Assembly: GCA_036260945.1 (NCBI GenBank)
Contig: DATALT010000002.1
Coordinates: 731,938 to 795,937 of the forward strand
Source: Candidatus Babeliales bacterium
GTDB taxonomy: Bacteria > Babelota > Babeliae > Babelales > JACPOV01
Reading direction: 5' to 3'
Length of the DNA stretch: 64,000 bases
In this document: piece after piece, positions 29,044-39,251 of the stretch
How positions within the stretch are numbered: the stretch's first letter is position 1
Layout of the letters: every line of letters begins with the position of its first letter
Program-made: the position numbers and the translations under genes
The notes under the pieces: generated by a model
Seen by the model: the letters and a program-made list of their open reading frames with translations, nothing else
Told to the model about the DNA's origin: nothing
The model's database searches: none

Positions 29044-31077
29044 ATGAAAAAAAGAAGTTTATTTTTCTTATGCATTATATCACTTGCAAGCATGGTATTT
29101 CTTCACGCCGTTGAGCAAAAACGTTCTATTCTCATTATTGAAACAGGAAATAATGATCGCATTAATTTTAAAAAAACACTTGATGCGCTAGCAACCGCTG
29201 GATTTGAACCAGTTTTTAAACAGGCGTACAATGTAACCCCATCAGATATTGCTCATCATAATGCAATATGGCTCGTTTTGGATCCGTCTTTTTACAGTGC
29301 AACTGCTCGGGATTTGACTAAACAAAATAGTGTTCAAACGCCAATGCTGCGACATCTCTATATGCTTATTGATCATCTCAAAACAAAAAAAAACAGTCTC
29401 ATTGGTTTAATAATACCCGTTACGGGAAATCCCGTGCTGGTTGCGAGCATAACAGAACAACTGCTTGAAAAATTGCAACTCCTAGAAAATAAAACTCCGG
29501 AAAACCGGCGCTACGTTTCTCACTTTATTAATCACTTTGTCCGTTCCGATGAAAGTAAAAGTCAGCATTATCGCACTGCTCTGCTCGATAAACGCGCACA
29601 GGCACCTTTACAAGCTGGTTCTTCTTACCCTGCCGCTCCGGAACTTTTGGCAGAACTGCTCCCGAAATCGGTCCAAAAAATAGCTCCGCTCAGTCCGCTT
29701 TATCCTTTAGGAATAAAGATACGTAATGAAAAAACGGGCAATACGATTTTTCTGACAAGCATGAATATGATTCAAACAACTGAAATTAAAGAGCCATTTA
29801 AGTTAACACCAATGGATAAAAAACTCAGAACCGCATTGAATGCACAAATCTACAGCACATTAAGGCAAGCTGTGGGTGCCACAAAAAACGAGCCTATTCT
29901 TCAATCACAACATCGAGATTCTCTCGAAGAACGTTTCAAAAGAATTTTGAGTCCTGCTTACCATCGTTTTAAAAACGAGGGAATCGTATGCGCCTGGATG
30001 AATCTTGAACCATACGATGGAAAAGAGCAAGAAGCTGTGGATGATATTTCTAATGCGGGAATTAATCTCATGTGGTTTGAGCTCCTACCCGAAGTCTTTT
30101 TGGCAAACTCTGCAGGCCAAAAAGAAAAAAAACAGGCTTTTCTTGATTCAATAAAGCGGTTCACTCAAGCTATGAAAAAGAGAGAAACCTTAACCAGCAA
30201 ACCATTACCGCTGTTTTTTATGGGTGCCAATTTAACCAGCAATTTGCGCGGCATTCCGCAGCGCGATCCTGCATGCGATATGTATGGCGAGTGTTACGAA
30301 AACATACCGAGTCCATTTGATATTGAACATTTTTGGAAGCCAGAGTTTTTAACCGTGTTTGATAGATTTGTAGATGAATGGGAAAAAAACATTGGCAATG
30401 GCGTACCGCTTGCGGGGGTTTTTCTTGATTTAGAAATGTATCATGCACAAAATCAAACGGGGCAATTTTTGCCAACGATGGATTTTTCAACAACCGCATG
30501 GCGACTCTACACGAAAAAACATCCTCTGGAAAATAATGAATCGGCCGCTACGATTAGCGAGCGCGTTCGTTATTTGCTTAAAACAAATAAAATGGATGAA
30601 TATTTTGCTACATTAAGGCAAGAAGCAACGATAATCGGCTCACTATTGCGCACGCATATTAAAAAAAGATTACCCAACGCACTTATCGGCGCATACAATA
30701 TTAATTTACCTAATAGTTGGTTCTATCAAGGGCTCAGTAAAGGATTAAGCAGTCCCACAGAGCCACTCATTTGTGCAACATTTAATATGGAATTTCGAGA
30801 GCATCAAAAAGAACTGGAAAAACAAGACACCCATCTTATGCATTTGCCCGTTATTCTTCTCTCAAAATTTAAAAAAATTGAAGATTTTGAACTCGTTGGC
30901 CAGATGATGAAAGATCATGATGGTATTTGGCTGAATAAATTTTCTCGGTTGGCGCAAGAACGAGATCCTGAAAATAAAATATGGTACAACCTTGAAACAA
31001 CAAATCTGGAAACTAAAACGGTGGTAGAAAACCTCGCAAAATCACTCGAAGCTGCTCGATCAGAAAATCAAAATTAG
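29044..31077 (+). CDS. hypothetical large secreted protein (677 aa)
   Basis: Signal peptide; long uninterrupted ORF; no recognisable motif. Confidence 0.55.
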   Translation: MKKRSLFFLCIISLASMVFLHAVEQKRSILIIETGNNDRINFKKTLDALATAGFEPVFKQAYNVTPSDIAHHNAIWLVLDPSFYSATARDLTKQNSVQTPMLRHLYMLIDHLKTKKNSLIGLIIPVTGNPVLVASITEQLLEKLQLLENKTPENRRYVSHFINHFVRSDESKSQHYRTALLDKRAQAPLQAGSSYPAAPELLAELLPKSVQKIAPLSPLYPLGIKIRNEKTGNTIFLTSMNMIQTTEIKEPFKLTPMDKKLRTALNAQIYSTLRQAVGATKNEPILQSQHRDSLEERFKRILSPAYHRFKNEGIVCAWMNLEPYDGKEQEAVDDISNAGINLMWFELLPEVFLANSAGQKEKKQAFLDSIKRFTQAMKKRETLTSKPLPLFFMGANLTSNLRGIPQRDPACDMYGECYENIPSPFDIEHFWKPEFLTVFDRFVDEWEKNIGNGVPLAGVFLDLEMYHAQNQTGQFLPTMDFSTTAWRLYTKKHPLENNESAATISERVRYLLKTNKMDEYFATLRQEATIIGSLLRTHIKKRLPNALIGAYNINLPNSWFYQGLSKGLSSPTEPLICATFNMEFREHQKELEKQDTHLMHLPVILLSKFKKIEDFELVGQMMKDHDGIWLNKFSRLAQERDPENKIWYNLETTNLETKTVVENLAKSLEAARSENQN

Positions 31078-31353
31078 AATACGCAGAACTCTTGCGCACC
31101 AAACTCATTATTAAGTACAGTAACTTCGTTATATTTGGACGACAAGGAGACCATCATGAACACCGAGCGCTGTACGATGAGTACTATAACAGCCAACTCA
31201 ATAAATTTCTTTTTTTCCCATCTTCATTATTTTAGCAGCAGCCCCCAGTGTCGCTCCATTGAAGCTTATTTTTGGCCCGACCGGTCATCAAACTAATTCG
31301 ATTTTAATTTCTCATTTATTTTTATGTGTACTTCTTCAGAAGGGAGTTTTGCT

Positions 31354-31521
31354 ATGAAGCATAGTAATGGCACGTTATGGATCGTGCTTAAACTGGTTGT
31401 TCTTTTTTTCATTGCTCTTATCGAGCCACTTGCAATAAGAATCAATGCAAAGAATCAACCAGAAAAAGCATTCGAATTTTCTACCGAGCCGGTTACGACC
31501 GTTGCTCAAACAAAGTTTTGA
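31354..31521 (+). CDS. possible small single-TM membrane protein (55 aa)
   Basis: AAGGGAG Shine-Dalgarno 7 nt upstream of the ATG; hydrophobic core LWIVLKLVVLFFIALI; 3' end overlaps the convergent SPFH gene. Confidence 0.25.
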   Translation: MKHSNGTLWIVLKLVVLFFIALIEPLAIRINAKNQPEKAFEFSTEPVTTVAQTKF

Positions 31522-32509
31522 TTGATGCAAAAGAACCCATTAATGAACTGGCTTCATAAGGAACAACCACAAGTTTATCGTTTTTACCTTTGGTCAGCTC
31601 TTGCAACGATTTTATATAATTCATTGCAATTAAATAGGCAAGCGGATCGGATTGTGGCAATTGAGCTGCAATAAGTTGAACCGACTGAACGTCTGCGTTC
31701 ATTAATTTAAGGCGAGCTTCCGCCTCTCCTTGCGCTGCAATCACTGCAGATTGCGCATCCCCTGTTGCCTTCAAAATCGTAGATTCTTGAATTCCTTCAG
31801 CTTCGGTAATAAGCGCTTGCTTCATACCTTCCGCTTCTAAAATCCGAGCACGGCGATCTCGCTCAGCGCGCATCTGCTTTTCCATAGCCTGCCTGATATC
31901 TTCTGGCGGATTAACTTCCTGCAATTCTACTCGGTTTATTTTGACGCCCCATTTATGCGTCGCATCATCGAGAATATGCTGCAGTTTCTCGTTAATTTTA
32001 TCTCGAGAAACAAGTGACTCATCAAGATCAAGCGAACCAACGAGATTACGTAACGTTGTTTGCGTGAGTTTTTCTATCGCTTCAGGCAAATTCATTACGC
32101 CATAAACAGCTAATTCCGGATCGGTGATCTGATAGTAAAGCAACGCACTAATTTCCATCATGACGTTATCTTTTGTAATAACGCTTTGCTTTGGAAAATC
32201 GTATACCGATTCACGCAAATCTATTCGAGTGAAAACGCGCGTAATGCGCACCGGAAAACGACCGCGATCATCAGGAACTAAAAAGCTCCAAAGCACTTCG
32301 CGAGGCTCATCAATAAAAGGGATAAGAATATGCATTCCAGGTCCCAGAATTTTATGGAACTTGCCCAAACGCTCCACAATGACAACTTCAGCTTGTTTGA
32401 CTAAAAACAGCGTTTTAAAAAGAAAAAAAGCGAGTCCTATGATAGAAAAAATGAGAATGAGAAAACCAAAAACTGCAATCTCGCCAGACATGAAATGTTT
32501 TAGAACCAT
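31493..32509 (-). CDS. SPFH/band-7 (stomatin/prohibitin-like) membrane protein
   Basis: N-terminal TM then SPFH domain (VVIVERLGKFHKILGPGMHILIPFID) and a coiled-coil tail; start taken at MVLKH with an AAGGGG Shine-Dalgarno. Confidence 0.8.
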   Translation of the reverse strand: MVLKHFMSGEIAVFGFLILIFSIIGLAFFLFKTLFLVKQAEVVIVERLGKFHKILGPGMHILIPFIDEPREVLWSFLVPDDRGRFPVRITRVFTRIDLRESVYDFPKQSVITKDNVMMEISALLYYQITDPELAVYGVMNLPEAIEKLTQTTLRNLVGSLDLDESLVSRDKINEKLQHILDDATHKWGVKINRVELQEVNPPEDIRQAMEKQMRAERDRRARILEAEGMKQALITEAEGIQESTILKATGDAQSAVIAAQGEAEARLKLMNADVQSVQLIAAQLPQSDPLAYLIAMNYIKSLQELTKGKNDKLVVVPYEASSLMGSFASIKTLFEQRS

Positions 32510-32799
32510 GATGATCCCCTTCGGTGTAAAAAAACTATTGGATTTACCGAGGCAATAGGCATTTTTCAGTATAAAGAAACAAAGCAAGAAAGCAATCCGA
32601 GTCATTTTCATATTTTTATAGTTGTGAAAAAAGCGGAATGGGAGAAATACAGCAAAAGAGGTTGGAAACATCGATACTTTTCCACTCAGATTCTCGCACA
32701 AATGCTTTCTGGCCGATTAAATCGGCAAGCAAAACCCTTTGTCCTTTGCTCCTCGATCGGCTAAACTTGAAGTGTGAATATAACTGTAAAGGTGCTTTA

Positions 32800-33792
32800 A
32801 TGAGCAATAAAAACCTTTTATCTACACATCTTCTTATCGCCGCACTTCTTTCACTTTCATTCTCCGGATGTGAAACTAGCAGAGATAAAATGCATCTCAA
32901 AGAAGAACCATCTGCAACGCAAGATGTTATAGCAACAAGTTCAAAAAGTGACGTTATTGATCTGCCTATCGCCCAACCAACCGCACCTCGCATTACTGTT
33001 TGGGTACATGGAACCCATTTCTGGTTCAATAAAATGTTTAAAAGTATGACAGCCCAAGAAGAAGGCGTTTATTTAGCTTCCGATCTACCAAACGACTATC
33101 TTTATAGAAAGTTGATCGTTAATCGACTATGCAAAGCCGCCCCTTGCGAATTTAACCACGAACATTTTTATATTTTAAGTTGGACAGGTGTTTTAAGTTC
33201 TCGTGCAAGAATTAATGCTGCGCGATCTTTGCTGCGAGATTTAAAAAAAATATGTGCAGCTTACCGTGAAAAATATGGGGCACAGCCGGCCATCTGTTTG
33301 ATAACACATAGCCACGGTGGCAACGTAGCGCTCAATTTAGAAGTTGTAAACGATCCACAAGATCCGATTATTATCGACAAATTGGTGATGCTTGCCGTTC
33401 CTGTTCAGGTTGAGACAGCTCAATATGTAAAATCACGTTATTTTAAAAAAATCTATTCGCTCTATTCTACCTACGATATGATTCAGATCGGCGACATGCA
33501 ACGTTTTGGATACCATATCGATGATCCTCAACGTTCAAGCATTCCACTTTTTTCTGGACGCAAATTTGAACCATGCGAAAATCTTTTGCAAGTAAAAGTA
33601 CGATTTGATGGAGTGGGGCCATTCCATCTTTCATTCATATTGTCGACGTTCGTCCTTGCATTGCCAGATATTTTAGCAACGCTCGACCAAGTGCCACTTC
33701 CGATACAAAATTGCGAGCCGATGATTCTGCGGCTGAAGAGAAATAAAATTCCTATTTTATTTTCTGAAGCAGAAACGCCTCGGCGTTTTTAA
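32800..33792 (+). CDS. putative lipoprotein alpha/beta-hydrolase (lipase/esterase-like)
   Basis: Lipobox-like LSFSGC; VWVHGT oxyanion-like block and ITHSHGG nucleophile-elbow-like GxSxG variant. Confidence 0.5.
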   Translation: MSNKNLLSTHLLIAALLSLSFSGCETSRDKMHLKEEPSATQDVIATSSKSDVIDLPIAQPTAPRITVWVHGTHFWFNKMFKSMTAQEEGVYLASDLPNDYLYRKLIVNRLCKAAPCEFNHEHFYILSWTGVLSSRARINAARSLLRDLKKICAAYREKYGAQPAICLITHSHGGNVALNLEVVNDPQDPIIIDKLVMLAVPVQVETAQYVKSRYFKKIYSLYSTYDMIQIGDMQRFGYHIDDPQRSSIPLFSGRKFEPCENLLQVKVRFDGVGPFHLSFILSTFVLALPDILATLDQVPLPIQNCEPMILRLKRNKIPILFSEAETPRRF

Positions 33793-34679
33793 GCAAATGG
33801 CCGATGTGCACTGAGTTGTTCATCTAATTTTGCAATTCTCGAAAAATAAATACATCGCCAGAAGAAAGGATAATTGGCATAGACAATACGTTTCTCTCTT
33901 AATTTATAAAATTCGCTGCGGCGTAGCATTTCTTTAATTTCTTCTTTTTCCCTTTTTTCCATTTGATTATAGTGGAAATCGCTATTACTGATACGCTCAA
34001 ATAGCTCGATGTATGGCCTAACTTTTTGTTCGTGAAATTTTGCGGCTTTTACAAGATCGCTTTTAAATGAAATTCGCATTGGCACAATGATTAACTGTAG
34101 AGTTTTTTTTCTCTCTATTTCTTCCTTTTGTTGTAATAGAACCTGCGCTCTCCTCGATTCCTCTTTCTCATTCTCAAATCTTTTTTTCTTTTCTTGTTCT
34201 TTCAGCATATCAATTTGAAGATGTTTAATATTCGAGATCATCTTTTCAATGTGTTCCTGCCCAGGTGATGACAGCGAACCCCATTGATCATCTAATCCTT
34301 TCTTCAAACATTCTTGTCCCGTGATGAGTCCCTTCTGATAATTTATCATCGCTGCATTATTGGTAGGCCCAAGTTTGAGAGAATCTATATCTTTTAGAAA
34401 AGAAGGTTCTTTAAAATTCTTTTCAGCTAATGCCGCTCGTATTTCTTGCTGCAGCTCATAAATCCGCACATGTGGCTCTTTTTCTACGACTCTTTTTTTT
34501 CTACTATTATTTGTTTTAGATTCAGAAGTTTTCTTAGGTTCAAGCATTTTTTTACCAAGATCGATAAAACTAAGAACATCATGGTCTAATTCAAATTTTT
34601 CTTCCGTATTAGTTTCCATAGCTTTTAAACTATAGAAATTTAAAACAAGTAAACTAAAAACGATGCTTATTTTTTTCAT
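33789..34679 (-). CDS. hypothetical secreted coiled-coil protein
   Basis: Signal peptide; E/K-rich heptad-like sequence. Confidence 0.5.
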   Translation of the reverse strand: MKKISIVFSLLVLNFYSLKAMETNTEEKFELDHDVLSFIDLGKKMLEPKKTSESKTNNSRKKRVVEKEPHVRIYELQQEIRAALAEKNFKEPSFLKDIDSLKLGPTNNAAMINYQKGLITGQECLKKGLDDQWGSLSSPGQEHIEKMISNIKHLQIDMLKEQEKKKRFENEKEESRRAQVLLQQKEEIERKKTLQLIIVPMRISFKSDLVKAAKFHEQKVRPYIELFERISNSDFHYNQMEKREKEEIKEMLRRSEFYKLREKRIVYANYPFFWRCIYFSRIAKLDEQLSAHRPFA

Positions 34680-34736
34680 ATAATTATCCCTCTAAGGGTA
34701 ATTATAGCTCACCTAGGGTACAAAGCCAAATAAGCC

Positions 34737-36602
34737 TTATTTTATAAGCTTTTTTACGCATTGCTCAATTGCAATCGCATTGATCTTTTCAAAATCTAAA
34801 AGTTCTTCAGGTTTTCCCGATCTTGCTAGTTGAGTAACGGCCAAGCATTCAATAGCGATATCTTCATTGCGTAATGCAAAGCACACCGCCTCACCAATAC
34901 CGCCCGAAAGATAATGATCTTCAACGGTAATAATACGCCCACCAGATTTTTTTCCTACTTTTTTAAGCACATCTTCTGCCAATGGTTTCACGCTATAAAG
35001 ATCGATGACCGAAACGTAAACGCCTGTTTTCTTTAAAGCTTCGTACGCTTTTAGCGCTTCAAAAACCGTAATTCCTGCAGCAACAATGCACGCTTGATCG
35101 TTTTCGCTTTGCTTTAAGATTCGGCATCCACCAATTTCGAATTTATCATCTGCTTGATAAATTACCGGCGTTTCTCCGCGTGTTGTTCTTAAATAACTGA
35201 TCGATTCGTGATGGTTTGCCATAAGTTCAACAAGTTTCCAAGTGCTCACCGCATCACATGGATACAAAACAATAGAGCCGGGCAAGCTTCGCATCATCGC
35301 AATATCCTCAAGCGCCATTTGAGAAGGCCCATCTTGACCAATTGAAACGCCGGCATGCGATCCGATGAGCCGTAATGGACAATTTCCTATTGCTGCCATT
35401 CGTAATTGATCAAATGCACGCGTGAAAAAACAACCAAAAGTAGAAACAAACGGCACTGCACCCCGCGTTTGTGCGCCAACCGCCATACCTACCATATTTT
35501 GTTCAGCTATAAAACATTGCACAAATCTATCAGGAAAATCTTTCTCAAAAATCTCTGCAAAAGTTGAGTTTTTTACTTCAGCATCAAAACTCATGATGTT
35601 GTCGTTATGTTTTCCTGCTGCAGCTAACGCTTGTCCGAACGCTTTTCGCGTGGCGATTAATTGTCCTATTGTATATCTAGGTTTTTCCAAATTAATTTTT
35701 TTATTTTCAGAAACGTGCTTAGATTTTTCTGGCAATTGCGGCTTCCAGCTATAGATTGGTTTTTGCACATCACCAGCAAATCTTTTTTTCAATTCATCTA
35801 ATAAACCAAGAAGCTCATCTTTTTTAAACGCTTTTCCGTGAAAACCGTTCTTATTTTCAACTTCGTTAATGCCATATCCCTTGAAGGTGTGCGCAAGAAT
35901 CATAGTTGGTTGGCCATTTGGAATGCGAGACGTATCGCATGCTTTGATAATTTCATCGATAGAATGACCATCGATTTTATGGGTATTCCATCCGAATGCA
36001 CGCCACTTTTTTGCATGCTCTTCTAATTTATCCCCTTCGATTGTTTCTGCAGTTTGCCCCAATCGATTAACATCGATAATACCAATAACATTATCGAGCT
36101 TATAGAAATTTCCCAACTCTGCCGCTTCCCAAACTGATCCTTCTGCTACTTCGGAATCACCCATCAAAACATACGTATAAAAAGAACGGTTTGTTTTTTT
36201 AGCGCGCAATCCCATTCCAAGCCCTATAGAAAGCCCTTGCCCGAGTGAACCCGTGGGTGCATCAACCCATTCAAAACGAGGAACAGGGTGCCCTTCAAGC
36301 TTTGATCCAAAACTGCGCATCATCAGCAATTCTTTTTCGCTCAGAACTCCCAATTCTTTCCAAACCGAATAAAGGAGCGGTGCCGCATGCCCTTTAGATA
36401 AAATGAACCTATCGTTATTCGGATTTGCATGGTTTTTTGGATCGAAATGCATCGCATAAAAAAAGAGTACGGCGACAATATCTGCAGCTGAAAGACAAGA
36501 GGTAGGATGTCCTGAGCCGGCTTGCGTGGTTGCTTGGAGGGAATCGACCCGTAATTGATACGCGGAATGTCGCAAAAATGGTATAAGATCGCTTTTATTC
36601 AT
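34737..36602 (-). CDS. tkt: transketolase
   Basis: TPP-binding motifs (GSGHPTSCLS, GDSEVAEGS) and C-terminal domain; start at MNKSDL with a GGGGA Shine-Dalgarno. Confidence 0.9.
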   Translation of the reverse strand: MNKSDLIPFLRHSAYQLRVDSLQATTQAGSGHPTSCLSAADIVAVLFFYAMHFDPKNHANPNNDRFILSKGHAAPLLYSVWKELGVLSEKELLMMRSFGSKLEGHPVPRFEWVDAPTGSLGQGLSIGLGMGLRAKKTNRSFYTYVLMGDSEVAEGSVWEAAELGNFYKLDNVIGIIDVNRLGQTAETIEGDKLEEHAKKWRAFGWNTHKIDGHSIDEIIKACDTSRIPNGQPTMILAHTFKGYGINEVENKNGFHGKAFKKDELLGLLDELKKRFAGDVQKPIYSWKPQLPEKSKHVSENKKINLEKPRYTIGQLIATRKAFGQALAAAGKHNDNIMSFDAEVKNSTFAEIFEKDFPDRFVQCFIAEQNMVGMAVGAQTRGAVPFVSTFGCFFTRAFDQLRMAAIGNCPLRLIGSHAGVSIGQDGPSQMALEDIAMMRSLPGSIVLYPCDAVSTWKLVELMANHHESISYLRTTRGETPVIYQADDKFEIGGCRILKQSENDQACIVAAGITVFEALKAYEALKKTGVYVSVIDLYSVKPLAEDVLKKVGKKSGGRIITVEDHYLSGGIGEAVCFALRNEDIAIECLAVTQLARSGKPEELLDFEKINAIAIEQCVKKLIK

Positions 36603-36691
36603 ACTAAATCCCCAATCGTTCTCTTCATTATGGCAGCGTTTATGATACACTTGGGTAAAGATACACCAACCGCTTACTATCTAAAAGATCT

Positions 36692-37477
36692 ATGTACCCA
36701 ACACTCATTCATATTTACGGTCCAATTTCTATTCACTCGTACGGCGCGATGATTGCGCTTGGGTTAATTATTTTTAGCCTTTTAGCACTCAATGATCCCC
36801 GCCGCGAAAAAATTTTAACGACCGATCTTTTTATAATGCTGCTGATCCGGGGAATTATTGCTGCAATTGTGGGCGGCAAAATTCTTTTTGCGCTCACTAA
36901 TTGGCACCTTTTTGAACATCCTTTTGAGTTTATCGAGTTTTGGCACGGAGGTTTTTCAATTTTGGGAAGCATCCTCAGCGTGATTGCGGTGATTCCTTGG
37001 TATTTAAAAAAATACTCAATTGATAAGTGGCAGTTACTTGATCTAGCAGCTCTTTATGCACCGCTCTTGCAAAGTATTGCGCGCATAGGATGCTTTTTTG
37101 CTGGATGTTGCTTTGGCCTGCCAACCAGATTGTTTGTCGGCATTTCTATTGCCGATGAGTATGGAAACGTATGCATGCGCCATCCATCGCAATTATATAG
37201 TTCTGCGCTTCTGTTTTTTATTTTTCTTTTTCTCTATGCCATTTTGCAAAAACGGGTACGTACACCCGGCGTGCTCGCACTTTGGTACGTAGCGCTTGTA
37301 ACAGCAGAGCGGTTTTTTGTAGATTTCTTTAGAGAAGATCACATTATTGTACCAATGCCCTTTCTTCCTTTTTTTTCAATTAATCAATGGATTGCTCTGA
37401 TTATGTGTCTAACATCGGTTGGATTACTTCTTGCGGGCATGAAGCGAAAGCACTATGAGCCTTTTCAATTTCATTAA
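36692..37477 (+). CDS. lgt: prolipoprotein diacylglyceryl transferase
   Basis: Lgt signature (IHSYG, multi-TM, about 260 aa). Confidence 0.85.
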   Translation: MYPTLIHIYGPISIHSYGAMIALGLIIFSLLALNDPRREKILTTDLFIMLLIRGIIAAIVGGKILFALTNWHLFEHPFEFIEFWHGGFSILGSILSVIAVIPWYLKKYSIDKWQLLDLAALYAPLLQSIARIGCFFAGCCFGLPTRLFVGISIADEYGNVCMRHPSQLYSSALLFFIFLFLYAILQKRVRTPGVLALWYVALVTAERFFVDFFREDHIIVPMPFLPFFSINQWIALIMCLTSVGLLLAGMKRKHYEPFQFH

Positions 37478-39251
37478 AGGTCATGTTTCGATAATTGATG
37501 TGGTCAGTGAATATGCAAGTTTGAAAAAAGCAGGACTTTATTTAAAAGGAAACTGCCCTTTCCATCATGAAAAAACTGCATCATTTACCGTAAGTCCGCA
37601 TAAAGAAATTTATTATTGCTTTGGATGTCACTCTGGCGGCGATGTGATTTCGTTCATTGCAAAAGCCGAGCAATGCACGCAATTGGAAGCGGCGCAGTAT
37701 TTAGCGGAGCGCTATAATATTCAAATACCGCAAGAATATTTGAGCTATAATAAAGAAGCTGCGCATCAAAAAACTGACGAAAAAAAACGATATTGGCTTC
37801 TATGCAATTTAATTGCACAATGGTGCCACGAACAGCTAAAAAAAAATAAAGATGCACTTGCGTACATCAAACAACGTTCAATAAATGATGAAACAATTGA
37901 GCGATTTAAAATTGGTTATTTTCCTCAATCACCACAAGCTATTAAAGATTTAATCGACGTGATCCGCCAGCATCATTTTATGGCGCAAGATCTTCTGACA
38001 ACAAACGTCGTCTCCGAAAGTAAAGGAATGTATTATTCTCCGCTTGCAGATCGGATAATTTTCCCTATTGCGGACCCGATGGGGCGCCGCTGCGGTTTTG
38101 GCGGAAGAATTTTTAGACAGAATGACGAACGACCAAAATATTATAATTGTAAGGAAAGCCCCTATTTTTCAAAAGGCTCCCTTCTTTTTGGATTCGATTT
38201 AGCAAAAAAAGAGATTCAAGCTCACAATGGTGTTTATTTAGTTGAAGGGTACATGGACTGCCTCATGATGGCGCAGTACGGTTTTCTTAATACGGTAGCT
38301 ACGCTTGGAACCGCCTGCACCCCAGAACAACTAAAGCTGCTTTCTCGATACGCTCAACAAGTTTTCGTTCTTTACGATGGTGATGATGCGGGTAAAAAAG
38401 CAATGCTGCGCCTAACCCAGCTTTGTTGGCAGGTAAATTTGGAGCTGCGCGTCATTGAATTGCCTAAAAAAGAAGATCCTGATTCGTTCCTGCGCAAGGG
38501 CGGGAACTTAGCCCCGTTGGCTGCTGCAGCGCACGATATTTTCATTTTCTTTGTAGATACGGTCGGCTCCGGGTTTATTAACAAAACCCTCCATGAAAAA
38601 ATGGACACGATTCGCGAGCTTATTCAGATTATAGGAACAGTGGAAGATCCCCTCAAAAAGGACATTCTGCTCCAGAGGGTTGCAAAGACCTGCGACATAC
38701 CATTTCAAGCATTGGCAAGCGAAGCCCAGCGGCAGGGCAATTTTTCTAGCACCAGCGCCCCAAACGGTCTGCCAGAATCTGATACCCCTCGGCATAGCCC
38801 ATCCTCGCTGGCAATCGCACTTAAAGAAGTACCTCTCTTGGAAAAAAAATTATTTTCTGTTATAATAAATAACATGAATTTGTTAAAAAACGAAGATGAA
38901 GAGTACCTGACCGAATATGCAACGCCACCCGTGCGCGATCTTCTGATAAAACTGCAATTATTAAGAAAAGAAAGCGAACCGGTGGATTTTTCACTTTTTT
39001 TTGAACATTTATCTGATCAGGAGAAAGTATTAATGAGTCAGCTGCTTCTTGAGTGTCATGAATACGACGGACCAGAGAATTTTGATTATTTGCTCACACA
39101 ATTTCAAAAGAAAAACTGGAAATCGTTCGTAACAGATACTAAAATCAAATTAAATCGAGCAAAGCAAGAAAACGACGAACCGGGCGTTCAAAAAATTTTA
39201 ACTCATTTTCAAGAGCTGAAACAAAAACTTGTCAGCAGGGGCCTTATATGA
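37455..39251 (+). CDS. dnaG: DNA primase
   Basis: Zinc finger [11 protein letters not shown]...[11 protein letters not shown]; TOPRIM EGYMDCL...DGDDAG. Confidence 0.9.
   Translation: MSLFNFIKGHVSIIDVVSEYASLKKAGLYLKGNCPFHHEKTASFTVSPHKEIYYCFGCHSGGDVISFIAKAEQCTQLEAAQYLAERYNIQIPQEYLSYNKEAAHQKTDEKKRYWLLCNLIAQWCHEQLKKNKDALAYIKQRSINDETIERFKIGYFPQSPQAIKDLIDVIRQHHFMAQDLLTTNVVSESKGMYYSPLADRIIFPIADPMGRRCGFGGRIFRQNDERPKYYNCKESPYFSKGSLLFGFDLAKKEIQAHNGVYLVEGYMDCLMMAQYGFLNTVATLGTACTPEQLKLLSRYAQQVFVLYDGDDAGKKAMLRLTQLCWQVNLELRVIELPKKEDPDSFLRKGGNLAPLAAAAHDIFIFFVDTVGSGFINKTLHEKMDTIRELIQIIGTVEDPLKKDILLQRVAKTCDIPFQALASEAQRQGNFSSTSAPNGLPESDTPRHSPSSLAIALKEVPLLEKKLFSVIINNMNLLKNEDEEYLTEYATPPVRDLLIKLQLLRKESEPVDFSLFFEHLSDQEKVLMSQLLLECHEYDGPENFDYLLTQFQKKNWKSFVTDTKIKLNRAKQENDEPGVQKILTHFQELKQKLVSRGLI

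Noticed and set aside
32616-33029. 137-aa minus-strand ORF overlapping the lipoprotein gene start
   Set aside because: No Shine-Dalgarno and no motif. It overlaps a better-supported plus-strand gene with a lipobox and a good start context.
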